Numbered from the stretch's first letter, positions 12,301 through 23,935 are shown. The stretch: 45,875 nucleotides of DNA from Synechococcus sp. (GCA_051439425.1 JBFRWD010000020.1:1-45875), one strand, 5' to 3'. Notes: a model not told the origin generated them from the sequence alone. Numbers and translations: made by a program.

Positions 12301-13531
12301 CACCGCCTTTGACAATATCGAAATTGGTAGCGCCCTCGCCCCTAACGATTACATAGCTCCCTTTTGGGACGATCTCAATCCGGAGGAAGAGGGGGAGATT
12401 TTCTATTACGACGATCTCTCCAACCAAAGATTCATCGTCCAGTATCAAGACATTCCCCGCCAGGGTGAAGAGGGGGCACTGACCTTCCAAGTCATCCTCA
12501 ATTCTGATAGCAGCATTCGCTATCAATACCAACAGATGGCGGGGTCTGCTGATAGTGCCACGATTGGGCTTGAGAAGGCTGATGGTACGGATGGTCTGCA
12601 GATTGCTTTTAATGAGCCTTACGTTACCGATGGATTGGCGGTCGAGATTGTGGGCCAACGACAGCCACAACCCTATTCTGTTGATGTCTCTCCCAATGGA
12701 GTTGTGTCAGGGATTAACTTTGGCAGCCGGCAACAGGGAATCACTGGCCCTGCGCCTGATGAACTGGAGATTGGACTCTACGATGCCGATCGCGATCGTC
12801 TAATTGCGGTCATTGAAGAGGGAGCCGTGTTATCGGTTAAAAATCTAGCCCGCCGCAAGTTGACCCTCGCTGCTCGCATTCCCGCAACCAGCAAGTTGTT
12901 TGGGAAGGTGGAGAGTGCGTTTATTGACCTCAATAACGGTCGGGTGACCCGCACTGAAAATGCTGCTCCTTACGCACTATTTGGTGATTTTCGCGATAAC
13001 CTCTTCTCCGGCAAGGGGATCAAGTCCGGTCAAAACAGTATTTCGTTCGATTTGTTTTCGAAAAATCGCTTGCGTGGCAAAAAGTTAGGGACGATCTCGC
13101 GTAATTTCACGATGGTGGATGACTCGTCCGGACATTCTGGCTCGTCGACACGCCAATCTGAACTCGATATAGGCCTTTACGATACCAAGCGCGATCGGCT
13201 GATACAGCCCCTTCGGGAGGGGGGAGAAATTTTGGCGAGCGAGTTGGAGGGTCGCAAGGTCACGATCGCCGCTCTCATTCCTGAAGGTAGTCCCTTGATA
13301 GATGTGGCAATGAGTATGCGGCTCGATCTCAACAATGGTGAGGTTGTGCGAGTTGAGAATACCGAACCGTACGCTTTGTTCGGCGATTTGGAGGGAAATT
13401 TCTTTAGTGGCCGCAGACTTCCATCTGGGAACAACACCATCGTGGTGGATGTGTTCTCTGGTAATGATATGCAAGGCCAATTATTGAAGACGGTGACTCG
13501 CAGTTTTACGATCGTCAATGATTTAGCCTGA
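9380..13531 (+). CDS. Multidomain S8 (subtilisin-like) serine protease with SdrD-B-like repeats, PPC-like and nidogen-like domains and a duplicated C-terminal domain
   Basis: Catalytic triad motifs IGVIDSG, GHGTHVTG and GTSMATPHV. Three G..W.D.N.DG..D repeats near 10748, 11063 and 11855. DSALRLFNSSG (PPC-like) and ISSNGYL..IAPFWDDL (nidogen-like) motifs. Confidence 0.9.
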   Translation: MDARDSGHLSARYTGSLKAGRRSRQSEPLTVSKSGVSKSELPASASSESMTSPSVLPADQLIVKFRPDVTVKQINRLKAALGASTIDTAFSSRMQLWELRTTSVKQAVAQYGQFPAIEYMGPNLPVYSSGRVPSDERFGEQWALENTGQTGGTPDADIDASAAWDIRTSTQEILIGVIDSGVDYNHPDLKNNIWVNPGEIADNGMDDDGNGFVDDVHGYDFVNDDGDPFDDDSEGHGTHVTGTIAAKGNNYVGVTGVNWNAKVASIKFLDENGAGTTFNAVKAIEYASTIGVDITNNSWEESGFKPALRDAIAAAGEQGQLFIASAGNIAADSDRQPTYPGSYGLDNVITVAATDDRDRLAGFSNFGAQSIDLAAPGVNILSTLPGNRYGVLSGTSMATPHVTGVVSLLLAEFPTLSPAEIKQLLLDSVDPIPELADKTVSGGRLNAYKALLGVDAAEIRGTKWDDLDLDGVRDASESGIANDTIYIDANNNGRFDDGELSTITDADGNYSLYVAPGTYTIADVVRPGWEATRPTQSSYSITADNKEIVRGIDFGNVLADPAEISGIVWLDRNQDSIRQASESTLGDWTVYLDLNQNGQLDGNEPVTRTDANGRYRFAGLAPGQYFVADIQPPGWEQTAPVTGSSGSLEIDESDDVIGSATDSQLSSARPGRVTIDSTIGNNPDVSAEADVDMVEIQLNAGDRVTIDVDTDTDGSLDSALRLFNSSGQELAISDDDIAPGEQFSRDSYIDFTARTTDSYYVAVSSYSNIFYDPQVGGDENEGFSSGDYTLEIVLGREVLPGEYQIDLAPGEQANTLDFGSIKLPPGELSGFLWNDRNGNGKRDANEPGLVGRTVFIDRNQNGELDTDEQSAVTNTNGRYVLQDVPASTLTVATVVPDGWKQTSPTAIEYSATASNQPGGPQFNWVDITQRGTAVELLDDDSVEVSLPFEFSFFGEIKDSVRISSNGYLAFADSATAFDNIEIGSALAPNDYIAPFWDDLNPEEEGEIFYYDDLSNQRFIVQYQDIPRQGEEGALTFQVILNSDSSIRYQYQQMAGSADSATIGLEKADGTDGLQIAFNEPYVTDGLAVEIVGQRQPQPYSVDVSPNGVVSGINFGSRQQGITGPAPDELEIGLYDADRDRLIAVIEEGAVLSVKNLARRKLTLAARIPATSKLFGKVESAFIDLNNGRVTRTENAAPYALFGDFRDNLFSGKGIKSGQNSISFDLFSKNRLRGKKLGTISRNFTMVDDSSGHSGSSTRQSELDIGLYDTKRDRLIQPLREGGEILASELEGRKVTIAALIPEGSPLIDVAMSMRLDLNNGEVVRVENTEPYALFGDLEGNFFSGRRLPSGNNTIVVDVFSGNDMQGQLLKTVTRSFTIVNDLA

Positions 13532-13643
13532 CATTGGGCTACCGATCCGTTTCCGTTATCACTCACTTCATCGCTGAATCAGTCCCGATCTTTGCTCGCA
13601 ATCGGTCTGCGTTAGGATGAAACCTTTGCATTGGCAGAGGACT

Positions 13644-14414
13644 ATGGCAGTTTTGGGTGACGAGCGCTGCACGACGGCATTGGTGGTTGGGGCAGGTCGC
13701 GGCATTGGGTTGGGATTTGCGAATCACCTGCTCGGGTACGACCAGTTTCAAACAATCTACGCCACATATCGCGATGCGGAGCGTGCCTCTGGTTTGCTAG
13801 AGCTAGCGAAATGCGCGCCCGATCGCCTTGTTTGCTTGCAAGTCGATCCACTTCAGGATGAGGATGTTGCCAGTTGTGCCAAGCAAATTAAGCAAGCATC
13901 GGGAGACATCCACCTGATTGTGAATTGCGTTGGTATTTTGCAAGAGGGGGCATTGAGCCCCGAGAAAAGCGTCAGTCAAATTAAGCCAGAAACGTTCAAT
14001 CGCTATTTCGAAGTCAACACTCTGCCAACAGGATTGCTGGCCAAGCATTTCCTACCCCTATTTCGCAAAAGTGGCCCTGCAGTTTTGGCCAGTATTTCTG
14101 CCAAAATCGGCAGCATTGGTGACAATCGCTTGGGGGGTTGGTACGGCTATCGGGCGTCTAAAGCTGCGTTGAACATGCTGATTAAGACCATTGCAATCGA
14201 GTACAAGCGCAAGAGCCCGGAGACAATCGCGATCGCCCTCCATCCCGGCACCACCGATACCGATCTATCAAAACCGTTTCAGGCCAACGTCCCCCCTGAG
14301 AAGCTCTTTTCGGTAGACCGCACGGTAACTCAGTTACTAGCTGTAATCGACCAAGTTGGCCCTGAAAACAGCGGAGAATTCTTTAATTGGGATGGCAGTA
14401 AGCTGCCCTGGTAA
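13644..14414 (+). CDS. SDR oxidoreductase, C-factor/CsgA-like
   Basis: Motifs VVGAGRGIG, SAKIGSIGDNRLGGWYGYRASKAALNM (YxxxK) and HPGTTDT. ATG at 13644 follows AGAGGA. Confidence 0.92.
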   Translation: MAVLGDERCTTALVVGAGRGIGLGFANHLLGYDQFQTIYATYRDAERASGLLELAKCAPDRLVCLQVDPLQDEDVASCAKQIKQASGDIHLIVNCVGILQEGALSPEKSVSQIKPETFNRYFEVNTLPTGLLAKHFLPLFRKSGPAVLASISAKIGSIGDNRLGGWYGYRASKAALNMLIKTIAIEYKRKSPETIAIALHPGTTDTDLSKPFQANVPPEKLFSVDRTVTQLLAVIDQVGPENSGEFFNWDGSKLPW

Positions 14415-14492
14415 TTTGGCTGGCAGCGTGACGGAAAGTTGCAAGACTACACTGACCCCAACATCACCAATTTGAATGGAGCCTAAGCCTGT

Positions 14493-14852
14493 ATGACTTT
14501 GGAAGTATACGGAATCCCCAATTGTGGTACCTGCAAGAAGGCGTTGAAGTGGTTAGGCGAACAAGGGGCCGAGTACGAATTTATCAATACCAAAGAGGAG
14601 CCTCCCAGTAAAGAGGCGATCGCTGGGTGGGTACAAACCCTAACCGCTAAGCCCATGCGCAATACTTCCGGTATGGCCTATCGTGCAATCCCAGCAGACC
14701 AGCGAGATGCGATGAGCGATGCCGATTGGATTGAAGCATTCGCTGCTGACGCCATGCTGTTGAAGCGTCCACTGTTTGTCAAAGATGGAACGGCTATGAT
14801 GGCTGGATTTCGGGGTAAGCCGGAGGCCATTCAAGCGACATTGGGATTGTGA
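14493..14852 (+). CDS. ArsC/Spx/MgsR family protein
   Basis: Motifs YGIPNCGTCKKA (CxxC), NTSG.AYR and MLLKRPL. Confidence 0.88.
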   Translation: MTLEVYGIPNCGTCKKALKWLGEQGAEYEFINTKEEPPSKEAIAGWVQTLTAKPMRNTSGMAYRAIPADQRDAMSDADWIEAFAADAMLLKRPLFVKDGTAMMAGFRGKPEAIQATLGL

Positions 14853-14859
14853 GCGAACG

Positions 14860-14890
14860 AAAAAAAACGGGCCAAGTATTCCTTGGCCCG
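14860..14890 (-). terminator. Rho-independent terminator of atpD
   Basis: 9-bp stem CGGGCCAAG/CTTGGCCCG (14868-14890) followed by 8 T on the minus strand. Confidence 0.85.
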
Positions 14891-14931
14891 GCTCTCTAAT
14901 TCAAGTAATTAAGGAATGGCTCCTTCAGCAA

Positions 14932-16428
<1,497 letters not shown>

Positions 16429-16595
16429 TTAGCAGTTGATTTGCGTAGGTTGGCGATCGCGCAAACATCACCCTGAAGTGCGATCCCTAAGCACTTTTGC
16501 TCACCGTTAGCCGCTGACTAGAGTAACATCAGACGTTACCTCGGTAAACGGAATGGTTACTCAGTCAGCAGAGAAAACCGGGCGGTTGTCTGGGT

Positions 16596-17612
16596 CTACT
16601 GCCACTTGGCAGCCATGTGCTCGGCCAAGTCAACAACGCGCTGAGAATAGCCCCACTCGTTGTCGTACCAAGCCATCAGCTTGACGAGGTCACCATCTAG
16701 AACGGTGGTGAGAGGTGCGTCAACCACAGAAGAGCAGTCGGTGCGGCGATAATCGATAGAGACTAAAGGCAGCTCTGAGTAACCCAGAACACCAGACAGG
16801 CCATTCTCAGAAGCTTCCTTCAGAGCGCCATTAACTTCCTCAGCAATAACCTTCTTCTCGGTTTGAACAACTAAGTCAACCAAAGATACGTTGGGGGTAG
16901 GAACGCGAACGGCCAAGCCGCCCAGCTTACCTTTCAGTGCAGGTAGAACCAGTGCAACAGCAGTTGCAGCACCGGTGGTGGTAGGAACAATGCTCATGGC
17001 AGCAGCACGGGCACGGCGCAGGTCGCGGTGGGTGTTGTCAAGCAGACGCTGGTCGCCGGTGTAGCTGTGGGTGGTGGTCATGGTTCCACGAACAACCCCG
17101 AACTTCTCGAGGATGACCTTCATGATGGGAGCCAGGCAGTTGGTGGTGCAGCTGGCGTTACTAACAACGATGTCGCCTACCGGATCGTAATCTTCGTGGT
17201 TAACACCGTAGACGTAAGTGCCAACATTCGGCCCTTTACCAGGGGCCGTAATCATGACTTTTTTGGCACCTGCTTCAATGTGGCGAGAAGCGCTCTCGTA
17301 GGTGCGGAATACGCCGGTGGATTCAATGATTAGGTCAATGCCCATTTCCTTCCAAGGAAGGTTGTTTGGATTGCGGTCGGAAACGACGGGAATCGCTTTG
17401 TCCCCTGCAATCAACTTGCCATCTTTGGCTTCGATGTTGATACCGTCAAACGTTCCAAGAATAGAGTCATATTTGAGCAGGTGCGCGCTGGTGTTTGCAT
17501 CACCCGTATCGTTAATAGCGGCAACTTCGAAGCCGGAGTTTTCTCTTGTTAACCAGCATCGTAAAAAGTTACGACCGATGCGACCAAATCCGTTAATGGC
17601 TACCTTAATCAC
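16596..17612 (-). CDS. gap2: NAD(P)-dependent glyceraldehyde-3-phosphate dehydrogenase (Calvin-cycle type)
   Basis: Motifs [50 protein letters not shown] and [15 protein letters not shown]. Confidence 0.93.
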   Translation of the reverse strand: MIKVAINGFGRIGRNFLRCWLTRENSGFEVAAINDTGDANTSAHLLKYDSILGTFDGINIEAKDGKLIAGDKAIPVVSDRNPNNLPWKEMGIDLIIESTGVFRTYESASRHIEAGAKKVMITAPGKGPNVGTYVYGVNHEDYDPVGDIVVSNASCTTNCLAPIMKVILEKFGVVRGTMTTTHSYTGDQRLLDNTHRDLRRARAAAMSIVPTTTGAATAVALVLPALKGKLGGLAVRVPTPNVSLVDLVVQTEKKVIAEEVNGALKEASENGLSGVLGYSELPLVSIDYRRTDCSSVVDAPLTTVLDGDLVKLMAWYDNEWGYSQRVVDLAEHMAAKWQ

Positions 17613-18039
17613 TGACCTTATCCTTACGTCTTATGAATCGGTGTTGCTGTCTTGCACATCATATCTCAACAGCCCTCCAATCTATAGATTGAATTTGGGA
17701 TCTTGATATGGTGTGCGTTGAAGTGCTTCGGAGTGAAGACGACTGGCGGATGCCCTTGCCTGCTGGACAAAATCATCTAAACCAATGGAGCTATTGTCTA
17801 TTGCCGCCTGCATTTAATCAAGATTTGTACCTATTGCTAATCAGAAGCTTTTTTGCTTAGGAGTTCTCTCTAAAAAAGAAGTCCGGGCTTTGCTGCTTGA
17901 GTGGTGGATTCCAGTCGTCCACGAGCGATGATTTGGCAGCTTTCTAGCTCTTTCCACCGTACTGAGAGCGCACTGACTGCTCAAACCAATTGCTTCGACT
18001 GACCAACCCTGCTGAATCTGTGAATCGAATGTAGCAAGG

Positions 18040-19287
18040 CTAGTGAGCTAAGATGCTCTTTTTTGACATTTGGGTAGGCGGTAGGGCGAAGGAGATGGCA
18101 GTTGCGATCGCCACCAATCCGGCAGACATCCACAAGCATCCAACCAACCCTAAAACTTGGAACCCCACCCCAGACAGCACCGTGCCTACCAACCGCCCTC
18201 CTGCATTCGCCATGTAGTAGAACCCGACATTGAGAGAAACATCGCTATCTGCGGTGTAAGCCAGGATCAAATACGAATGCACGGCAGAGTTTACCGCAAA
18301 CACGATCCCAAATAGAACCAAGCCACTGACGATCGCGATTGCAGGAGAAACCTCTAAATGCAGGGCGATGGCGATCGCTGTTGGACAGCCAATTAATGCA
18401 GCACTCCAGAACTGAATCGTCCTGGGTTCGGGCAATTCTTGTTGGGTGAACCGTTTGAGCACGATGGGGGCGATCGCCTGTACGATTCCGTAACCGATGA
18501 CCCAAAGAGCCAAAAATCCTCCCACTTGCTCGTAGCCCCAGCCCAGCGTCGCCGACAAAAACACCGGTAGGGCCACCACAAACCAAACATCCCTGGCTCC
18601 AAATAGAAAAAATCGGGCGGCTGAAAGACGGTTAATCGCTGGACTTTTCGAGAACAGTTGCTTGAATTTCACCTTGGCTTTGACACGCCCCAATCCTGAC
18701 GGAAGCCAAACGCCAGTACTCAACACGAGAGCCAGTCCCGCCGCCATAATGGCGAGCCCTGCCACAAAACCAACAGTGGACAGCAGCAGTCCCCCCACAA
18801 AGAACCCCACTCCCTTGAGGGCATTTTTCGATCCCGTGAGTATGGCTACCCACTTAAACAGAGTGGACTGCGCATCTTGTGGAATCACCAATCGAACCGC
18901 GCTTTTGGCACTCATCTTGGTCAGGTCTTTGGCAATCCCCGACAATGCTTGCGCCACCATGACATAGCTCACCCCCAACCATTGGGGCCACTCACTGCTG
19001 ATTAGCATCAGCATTAACAGCGACACAATTTGCAGCGAGATCCCCGAATAAAGGGTGAGCTTAACGCCGAATCTAGCCCCTAACCATCCCCCCAACAGAT
19101 TGGTCACAACCCCAAAGAATTCGTAGAACAAAAACAACAGGGCAATTTCGATGGTGGTATAGCCCAGGGTGTGGAAATAGAGCAGCACCAACATGCGTAG
19201 AGCGCCGTCGGTGATCGTGAACCCCCAATAGGCGGCGGTGACAAGTGCGTAGCTGCGCAGGCTGGATTGTTGGGAAGTTTCAGCCAT
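18040..19287 (-). CDS. arsJ: Organoarsenical (1-arseno-3-phosphoglycerate) efflux MFS transporter
   Basis: ATG at 19287. Motifs YWGFTITDGALRMLVLL, SGIAKDLTKMSAKSA, LTGSKNALKGVGFF and VGFYYMANAGGRL. Lies directly downstream of a GAPDH gene. Confidence 0.93.
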   Translation of the reverse strand: MAETSQQSSLRSYALVTAAYWGFTITDGALRMLVLLYFHTLGYTTIEIALLFLFYEFFGVVTNLLGGWLGARFGVKLTLYSGISLQIVSLLMLMLISSEWPQWLGVSYVMVAQALSGIAKDLTKMSAKSAVRLVIPQDAQSTLFKWVAILTGSKNALKGVGFFVGGLLLSTVGFVAGLAIMAAGLALVLSTGVWLPSGLGRVKAKVKFKQLFSKSPAINRLSAARFFLFGARDVWFVVALPVFLSATLGWGYEQVGGFLALWVIGYGIVQAIAPIVLKRFTQQELPEPRTIQFWSAALIGCPTAIAIALHLEVSPAIAIVSGLVLFGIVFAVNSAVHSYLILAYTADSDVSLNVGFYYMANAGGRLVGTVLSGVGFQVLGLVGCLWMSAGLVAIATAISFALPPTQMSKKSILAH

Positions 19288-19475
19288 GATGGGGCGATCG
19301 CTGCGGGAGTACAGCCTTAGTGTGGGTTGGAATTTCAAGAATCGATGTGATGCAGGCAACAGGTGAGCGCTTCCTCGCTACTGGTTTGCCAGGTTTGTCA
19401 TGAGGGGATGCCATCAAGCCTGATGAAAGATTGGCCTATTACTTTTTGTTGGCACAGTCCTGACGCAAGTTCAAA

Positions 19476-20489
19476 TTACGACAGACTGTTGGCGACTTTT
19501 CGAACCAGCTCGACCAGTCGATTGGCATAGCCCCATTCGTTGTCGTACCAGGCCAGAATTTTTACTTGCGTGTCGTCAACAACGGTCGTGGACAGCGCAT
19601 CAACGATCGCGGAATGAGGGTTATTGACGTAGTCGATCGACACCAACGGACGCTCTTCGTAGGCCAAAATGCCTTGCAAATAGCTGGTCGAGGCATCGTG
19701 TAAACGCTGATTGACCTCTTCTGCCGTCGTCGGTCGTGTTACCTCGAATACGCAATCCGTCAGCGATGCATTCAACAGGGGAACTCGCACGGCCAGACCG
19801 TTCAGCTTGCCAGCCAGCTCGGGGTAGATGATACCGATCGCCGTTGCCGAGCCTGTTGTCGTGGGAATTAGGGACAGGCTGTGGGCACGGGCTCGGCGCA
19901 GATCGCGATGGGGGGCGTCTACGACGGTTTGGGTATTCGTGACGTCGTGGATGGTGGTGATAACACCGTGTTGAATGCCCAAGCTCTCGTGAATCACTTT
20001 GACAACAGGTGCGAGGCAGTTGGTGGTGCAACTGGCTGCTGTCAGCAAGTGGTGTTGGTCGGGATCGTACAGATTGTCGTTAATCCCCATCACGATATTG
20101 AGGGCGTCCTCCTTCACCGGTGCCGCTACCACAACTTTGCGGACTCCGCGATCGAAATACGGAGCTAAAACTTGGGAGTTGCGAAATTGCCCGGAGGACT
20201 CAATCACGATATCGACGCCGAAATCCCCCCAAGGCACATCGCCAGGTGTGGTGTAGCTGGAAAACGTTATGGAGCGATCGCCGATGTCTATGTGGCGATC
20301 GCCGTAAGGACGAATGTGGCGATCCCAGCGTCCATGTACGGAGTCGAATTCCAGTAGATGTGCTGCGGTTGTATTGTCGCCCTTTAGCTCGTTGATGTGG
20401 ACAATCTCGAATTGCGGCCAATCCCAAGCCGCTCTCAGGGCTAGCCGACCGATGCGGCCAAACCCATTAATACCAATGCGTACAGTCAT
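19476..20489 (-). CDS. gap3: ArsJ-associated glyceraldehyde-3-phosphate dehydrogenase
   Basis: Motifs [38 protein letters not shown] and [16 protein letters not shown]. Located between arsR and arsJ. Confidence 0.9.
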   Translation of the reverse strand: MTVRIGINGFGRIGRLALRAAWDWPQFEIVHINELKGDNTTAAHLLEFDSVHGRWDRHIRPYGDRHIDIGDRSITFSSYTTPGDVPWGDFGVDIVIESSGQFRNSQVLAPYFDRGVRKVVVAAPVKEDALNIVMGINDNLYDPDQHHLLTAASCTTNCLAPVVKVIHESLGIQHGVITTIHDVTNTQTVVDAPHRDLRRARAHSLSLIPTTTGSATAIGIIYPELAGKLNGLAVRVPLLNASLTDCVFEVTRPTTAEEVNQRLHDASTSYLQGILAYEERPLVSIDYVNNPHSAIVDALSTTVVDDTQVKILAWYDNEWGYANRLVELVRKVANSLS

Positions 20490-20551
20490 TCAAGTCGTAT
20501 CTGAACTATGCAACAATACGCGATCCAGATTGGAGACCGCCTTTCAGGGAT

Positions 20552-20571
20552 ACATCAAGAAAAATTGATGT
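20552..20571. promoter_or_regulatory. Putative ArsR operator (ATCAA-N6-TTGAT)
   Basis: Perfect inverted repeat ACATCAA-GAAAAA-TTGATGT about 60 bp upstream of gap3. It matches the ATCAA-N6-TTGAT form known for cyanobacterial ArsR sites. A degenerate half-site follows at 20576-20590. Confidence 0.75.
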
Positions 20572-20744
20572 GTCAATCAAAAGCTAGATGACTGATATGG
20601 TCACGACTCCTTTTCTACCCAATGATGAGGGAGATGTATCTGCGCTAGAGATGATGTGTGAATCTATCAACAATATTCAATATGGTTTAGCTGCATATGT
20701 ACTGGCTAGACACAAAGTTGCTCAGTCGATCAAGCTCTGGTAAC

Positions 20745-21062
20745 TCAGCAGCAGCGGGGGGCAGGTTGAAATGTTGCCAAACGCCGGTAGTCAGATAGAT
20801 ATTGCTCCAATTCCACTAACTGCGCCAGATTGAGACTGTAGTACATCCATCGTCCCTCTTGTCTGGCTCGCACTAGCCCTGCTTCCCGTAAAGACTTGAG
20901 ATGAAATGACAGCTTTGATTGATTGACCTGCAGGCGATCGCAGAGATCGCACACGCACAGCTCGCTCTCGCGCAATGTCTCAAGAATTTGCAAGCGCAAT
21001 GGATCGGCTAGCGCCCGAAATCCGGCGATTACAGAGGGGCTTTGTAGAGAGTTGGCGGTCAT
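20745..21062 (-). CDS. arsR: ArsR/SmtB family transcriptional repressor
   Basis: ATG at 21062. Motifs FRALADPLRLQIL, ELCVCDLC metal-binding box, QSKLSFHLKSLREAGLV and C-terminal CC. Confidence 0.92.
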   Translation of the reverse strand: MTANSLQSPSVIAGFRALADPLRLQILETLRESELCVCDLCDRLQVNQSKLSFHLKSLREAGLVRARQEGRWMYYSLNLAQLVELEQYLSDYRRLATFQPAPRCC

Positions 21063-21073
21063 GTGGGTGGCTA

Positions 21074-21184
21074 CTATCGCGTTCGGCAATCTGCTACGGA
21101 GAGTTTCCTAAGTACTTTTCCTCGCCAATAAATAGAGGATTCTATCCGTCTCAACACTCTAGACCTGAGAGCGGATTGCCATAA
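21074..21184. repeat. Dispersed MITE-like repeat, copy 2
   Basis: CTATCGCGTTCGGCAATCTGCTACGGAGAG...AGACCTGAGAGCGGATTGCCATA, homologous to the copies at 7105 and 31796. Confidence 0.8.
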
Positions 21185-21244
21185 CACTCATGAGTATTGG
21201 GGAGCAAACCATTGAGATTGCACTAGCAGAAGAATTAAAGAGAT

Positions 21245-21274
21245 GGCGGCAGCTCCCAAAGGAATGCTGCCGCC
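21245..21274 (-). terminator. Hairpin / probable terminator downstream of leuA
   Basis: 9-bp stem GGCGGCAGC/GCTGCCGCC about 30 bp after the leuA stop, with a moderately T-rich tail on the minus strand. Confidence 0.55.
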
Positions 21275-21302
21275 GCACGAGAACTCTGACAGTCAAATCG
21301 GC

Positions 21303-22958
21303 CTACACTTTCTGGGTCGCTGCCTTCCGTTGAGACTCTGTTGCAGGGGTAGAGTTGAGGGCGAAGTAAAGACGATTGAGAGCATTCATGTAGGCATTTG
21401 CAGAGGCCACAATGATGTCTGTATTGGCGGCATGACCGGAAAACGTGCGTCCCAACCCCTCGTGATGCAGGCGAATGGTCACTTCTCCAATGGCATCAAT
21501 ACCGGCGGTGACTGATTGTACGGAATATTCAATCAGACGGTTGGGCACCTGCACGATCCGATTGGTGGCTTTGTAGACTGCATCCACCGGGCCAGTACCC
21601 ACTGCCGCATCTGTCAGTTCTTCGCCATCGGGGGTGAGGACGGTGACAGTAGCCGTAGGAATTTCGCGATCGCCACAGCTCACCTGTACCCGCTCCAGCT
21701 TAAATAGTTCGGGCACCTGGCGAATTTCGTCATTAACGATCGCCTCCAGATCTAGATCGCTGATTTCCTTCTTCTTGTCCGCCAGCTCTTTGAAGCGAAT
21801 GAAGGCTTTGTTCAATTCCTGCTCGGATAGCTCGAATCCCAGCTCTTCCAACCGAGTGCGGAAGGCGTTACGACCGGACAGCTTGCCCAAAACAATGCTG
21901 TTATTTTGCAACCCAATGGTTTGGGCATCCATGATTTCGTAAGTCTGGCGGTGTTTCAGCACCCCATCCTGGTGAATCCCAGATTCGTGGGAAAAGGCGT
22001 TGGCCCCCACGATCGCCTTGTTCGGCTGTACCAACATCCCGGTCAGGTTCGACACCATGCGGGAGGTTCGGTAAATTTCCTGCGTACGAATGCCCGTCAG
22101 GGGTTTCTCGGACTCCACCGGCAATCCAAAATACGGATTGAAATAGGGGCGGCGTACGTGCAGCGCCATGACAATCTCTTCTAAAGAGGCATTACCTGCA
22201 CGTTCCCCAATTCCGTTGATGGTGCATTCCACCTGGCGGGCACCATTCTTAATTGCCTCTAAGAAATTTGCAACGGCCACACCTAGATCGTCGTGACCGT
22301 GAACGGAAATAATTGCCTGATCGGCGTTGGGCACATTTTCCCGAATGCCGCGAATAATTCGCCCGAACTCCTCCGGCATGGTGTAGCCAACGGTATCGGG
22401 AATATTGATTGTTCTCGCGCCTGCCCGAATCGCCGTCTCCAGCACTTGATAGAGAAATTCGGGGTCGGAGCGGCCCGCATCTTCAGGCGAGAACTCTACG
22501 TCTGGGATGAGAGAAACCGCATGGGACACCATTTCTTCTACAGTTGCCAGTACCTCAGCCCGCGTCTTGCGCAGCTTGTACTGCATGTGAATGTCAGAGG
22601 TGGCGATGAAAGTGTGAATGCGCCCGTGGGCTGCCGGTGCTAGTGCTTTCGCAGCAGTTTCGATATCGTGGCGGGTCGCGCGAGCCAATCCGCAAATGGT
22701 CGGCCCCTCTTCTGTTCCGACTTCTTTCGCAATCGCTTGGACAGCTTCAAAGTCTCCAGGGCTAGCAAAGGGGAATCCCGCTTCAATGATGTCAACTCCC
22801 AGTCGAGCCAATTGCCGAGCGATGGTAAGTTTTTCCTCTCCGTTGAGTGTGGCACCAGGAGACTGTTCGCCGTCTCGCAAGGTGGTGTCAAAAATTAGGA
22901 CGCGATCCTGTTCGGGAGGAGTGAGGATATCACCTGATTTAGCTACCGCAGGCTCCAT
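21303..22958 (-). CDS. leuA: 2-isopropylmalate synthase
   Basis: Motifs [40 protein letters not shown] and [13 protein letters not shown]-terminal regulatory domain present (GTGPVDA). Confidence 0.98.
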   Translation of the reverse strand: MEPAVAKSGDILTPPEQDRVLIFDTTLRDGEQSPGATLNGEEKLTIARQLARLGVDIIEAGFPFASPGDFEAVQAIAKEVGTEEGPTICGLARATRHDIETAAKALAPAAHGRIHTFIATSDIHMQYKLRKTRAEVLATVEEMVSHAVSLIPDVEFSPEDAGRSDPEFLYQVLETAIRAGARTINIPDTVGYTMPEEFGRIIRGIRENVPNADQAIISVHGHDDLGVAVANFLEAIKNGARQVECTINGIGERAGNASLEEIVMALHVRRPYFNPYFGLPVESEKPLTGIRTQEIYRTSRMVSNLTGMLVQPNKAIVGANAFSHESGIHQDGVLKHRQTYEIMDAQTIGLQNNSIVLGKLSGRNAFRTRLEELGFELSEQELNKAFIRFKELADKKKEISDLDLEAIVNDEIRQVPELFKLERVQVSCGDREIPTATVTVLTPDGEELTDAAVGTGPVDAVYKATNRIVQVPNRLIEYSVQSVTAGIDAIGEVTIRLHHEGLGRTFSGHAANTDIIVASANAYMNALNRLYFALNSTPATESQRKAATQKV

Positions 22959-23417
22959 ATCGAAATCATTCCGACTTTGAGTAAGTTTCTACATTCTGAC
23001 ACGAACAACCTAAGTTGTCGCCAGGACTACTGAGGTAATAGACCTGACAACACAATAACCTTTTGGGACTGGAGATGGGCTGGATAAGCAGGTCCTGATC
23101 ACCCCGGTATCTGGCGCTTTTATCCGCAACTTGTATGTTGGCTGTAGGCTGTCGATCTCTCTGTGGTGTTGGACTTTGGACGATCGCAGTTTCCCAGTAC
23201 TGTCTTCCCGGTCGTCACTGTTATGAGCGTCACTGTTATGAGTTGTTTTTCTCGCCGTCATGACTTCCTTTCATCCGGCTTTGTCCCAAGCCATTACGTC
23301 TGGCAAGTGACTAGGCAAATAGCCCCGTAAAGTCCGAGCTTTGGGTTACCCTCGACCTTAGAAGAGAGACTTGAGATACTGTTGTTCCCCAGTCACTAAC
23401 GAGACGATTGTTCCGCG

Positions 23418-23858
23418 ATGCACCTTCCTTCTTTTCTCTGGCTCTGGCGCGCAGCAGCGTGGTCTATGGGGGGGGCCATGGTTCTCTACATTGTCCAAAT
23501 CGTCTTGGGGCTATCGGTTCGACGGCATCGTATCGAGCGTGACGCCCCCAAGCGAGTCTGGTTTCGCCACTGGCACTTCTGGGCTGGCATGGCCATGCTG
23601 GCTTTGATTCTGCTGTTGCTGGCCATCGGCATTGTTGGCACGCTGGGCCACTTTGGCAGTTTGGGACATTCCTGGCATTTGCCAGCAGGATTGACAGTGG
23701 TGGGGTTGGCGATCGCTTCGGCCATCACTGGTAGCAGAATTCATTCCGATCGCCCCAATTCCCGTATTATTCATCTCGGTATCAATGGGGCTTTAGCTGT
23801 GTCCCTCCTGTTAGTCCTCGCCAGCGGCTGGGCAGTCGTTCAAAAGTACCTGCCCTAG
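23418..23858 (+). CDS. Small membrane protein, DUF4079-like (cytochrome b561-like His pattern)
   Basis: MHLPSFLWLWRAAAWSMG and GIVGTLGHFGSLGHSWH, four hydrophobic segments with conserved His. Confidence 0.75.
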   Translation: MHLPSFLWLWRAAAWSMGGAMVLYIVQIVLGLSVRRHRIERDAPKRVWFRHWHFWAGMAMLALILLLLAIGIVGTLGHFGSLGHSWHLPAGLTVVGLAIASAITGSRIHSDRPNSRIIHLGINGALAVSLLLVLASGWAVVQKYLP

Positions 23859-23935
23859 CTCGTTAAAAGTCCTCTCTGGTTTCCCCTGCTCCGAAATACA
23901 GCTTTTAGGATGTAGGTGGTCTAGTAACGATATGA

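Noticed and set aside
14493..14852. ArsC-family gene as part of the arsenic operon
   Set aside because: It is separated from arsJ by atpD and gap2, lies on the opposite strand, and has the CxxC Spx/MgsR-like form rather than clear arsenate reductase features.
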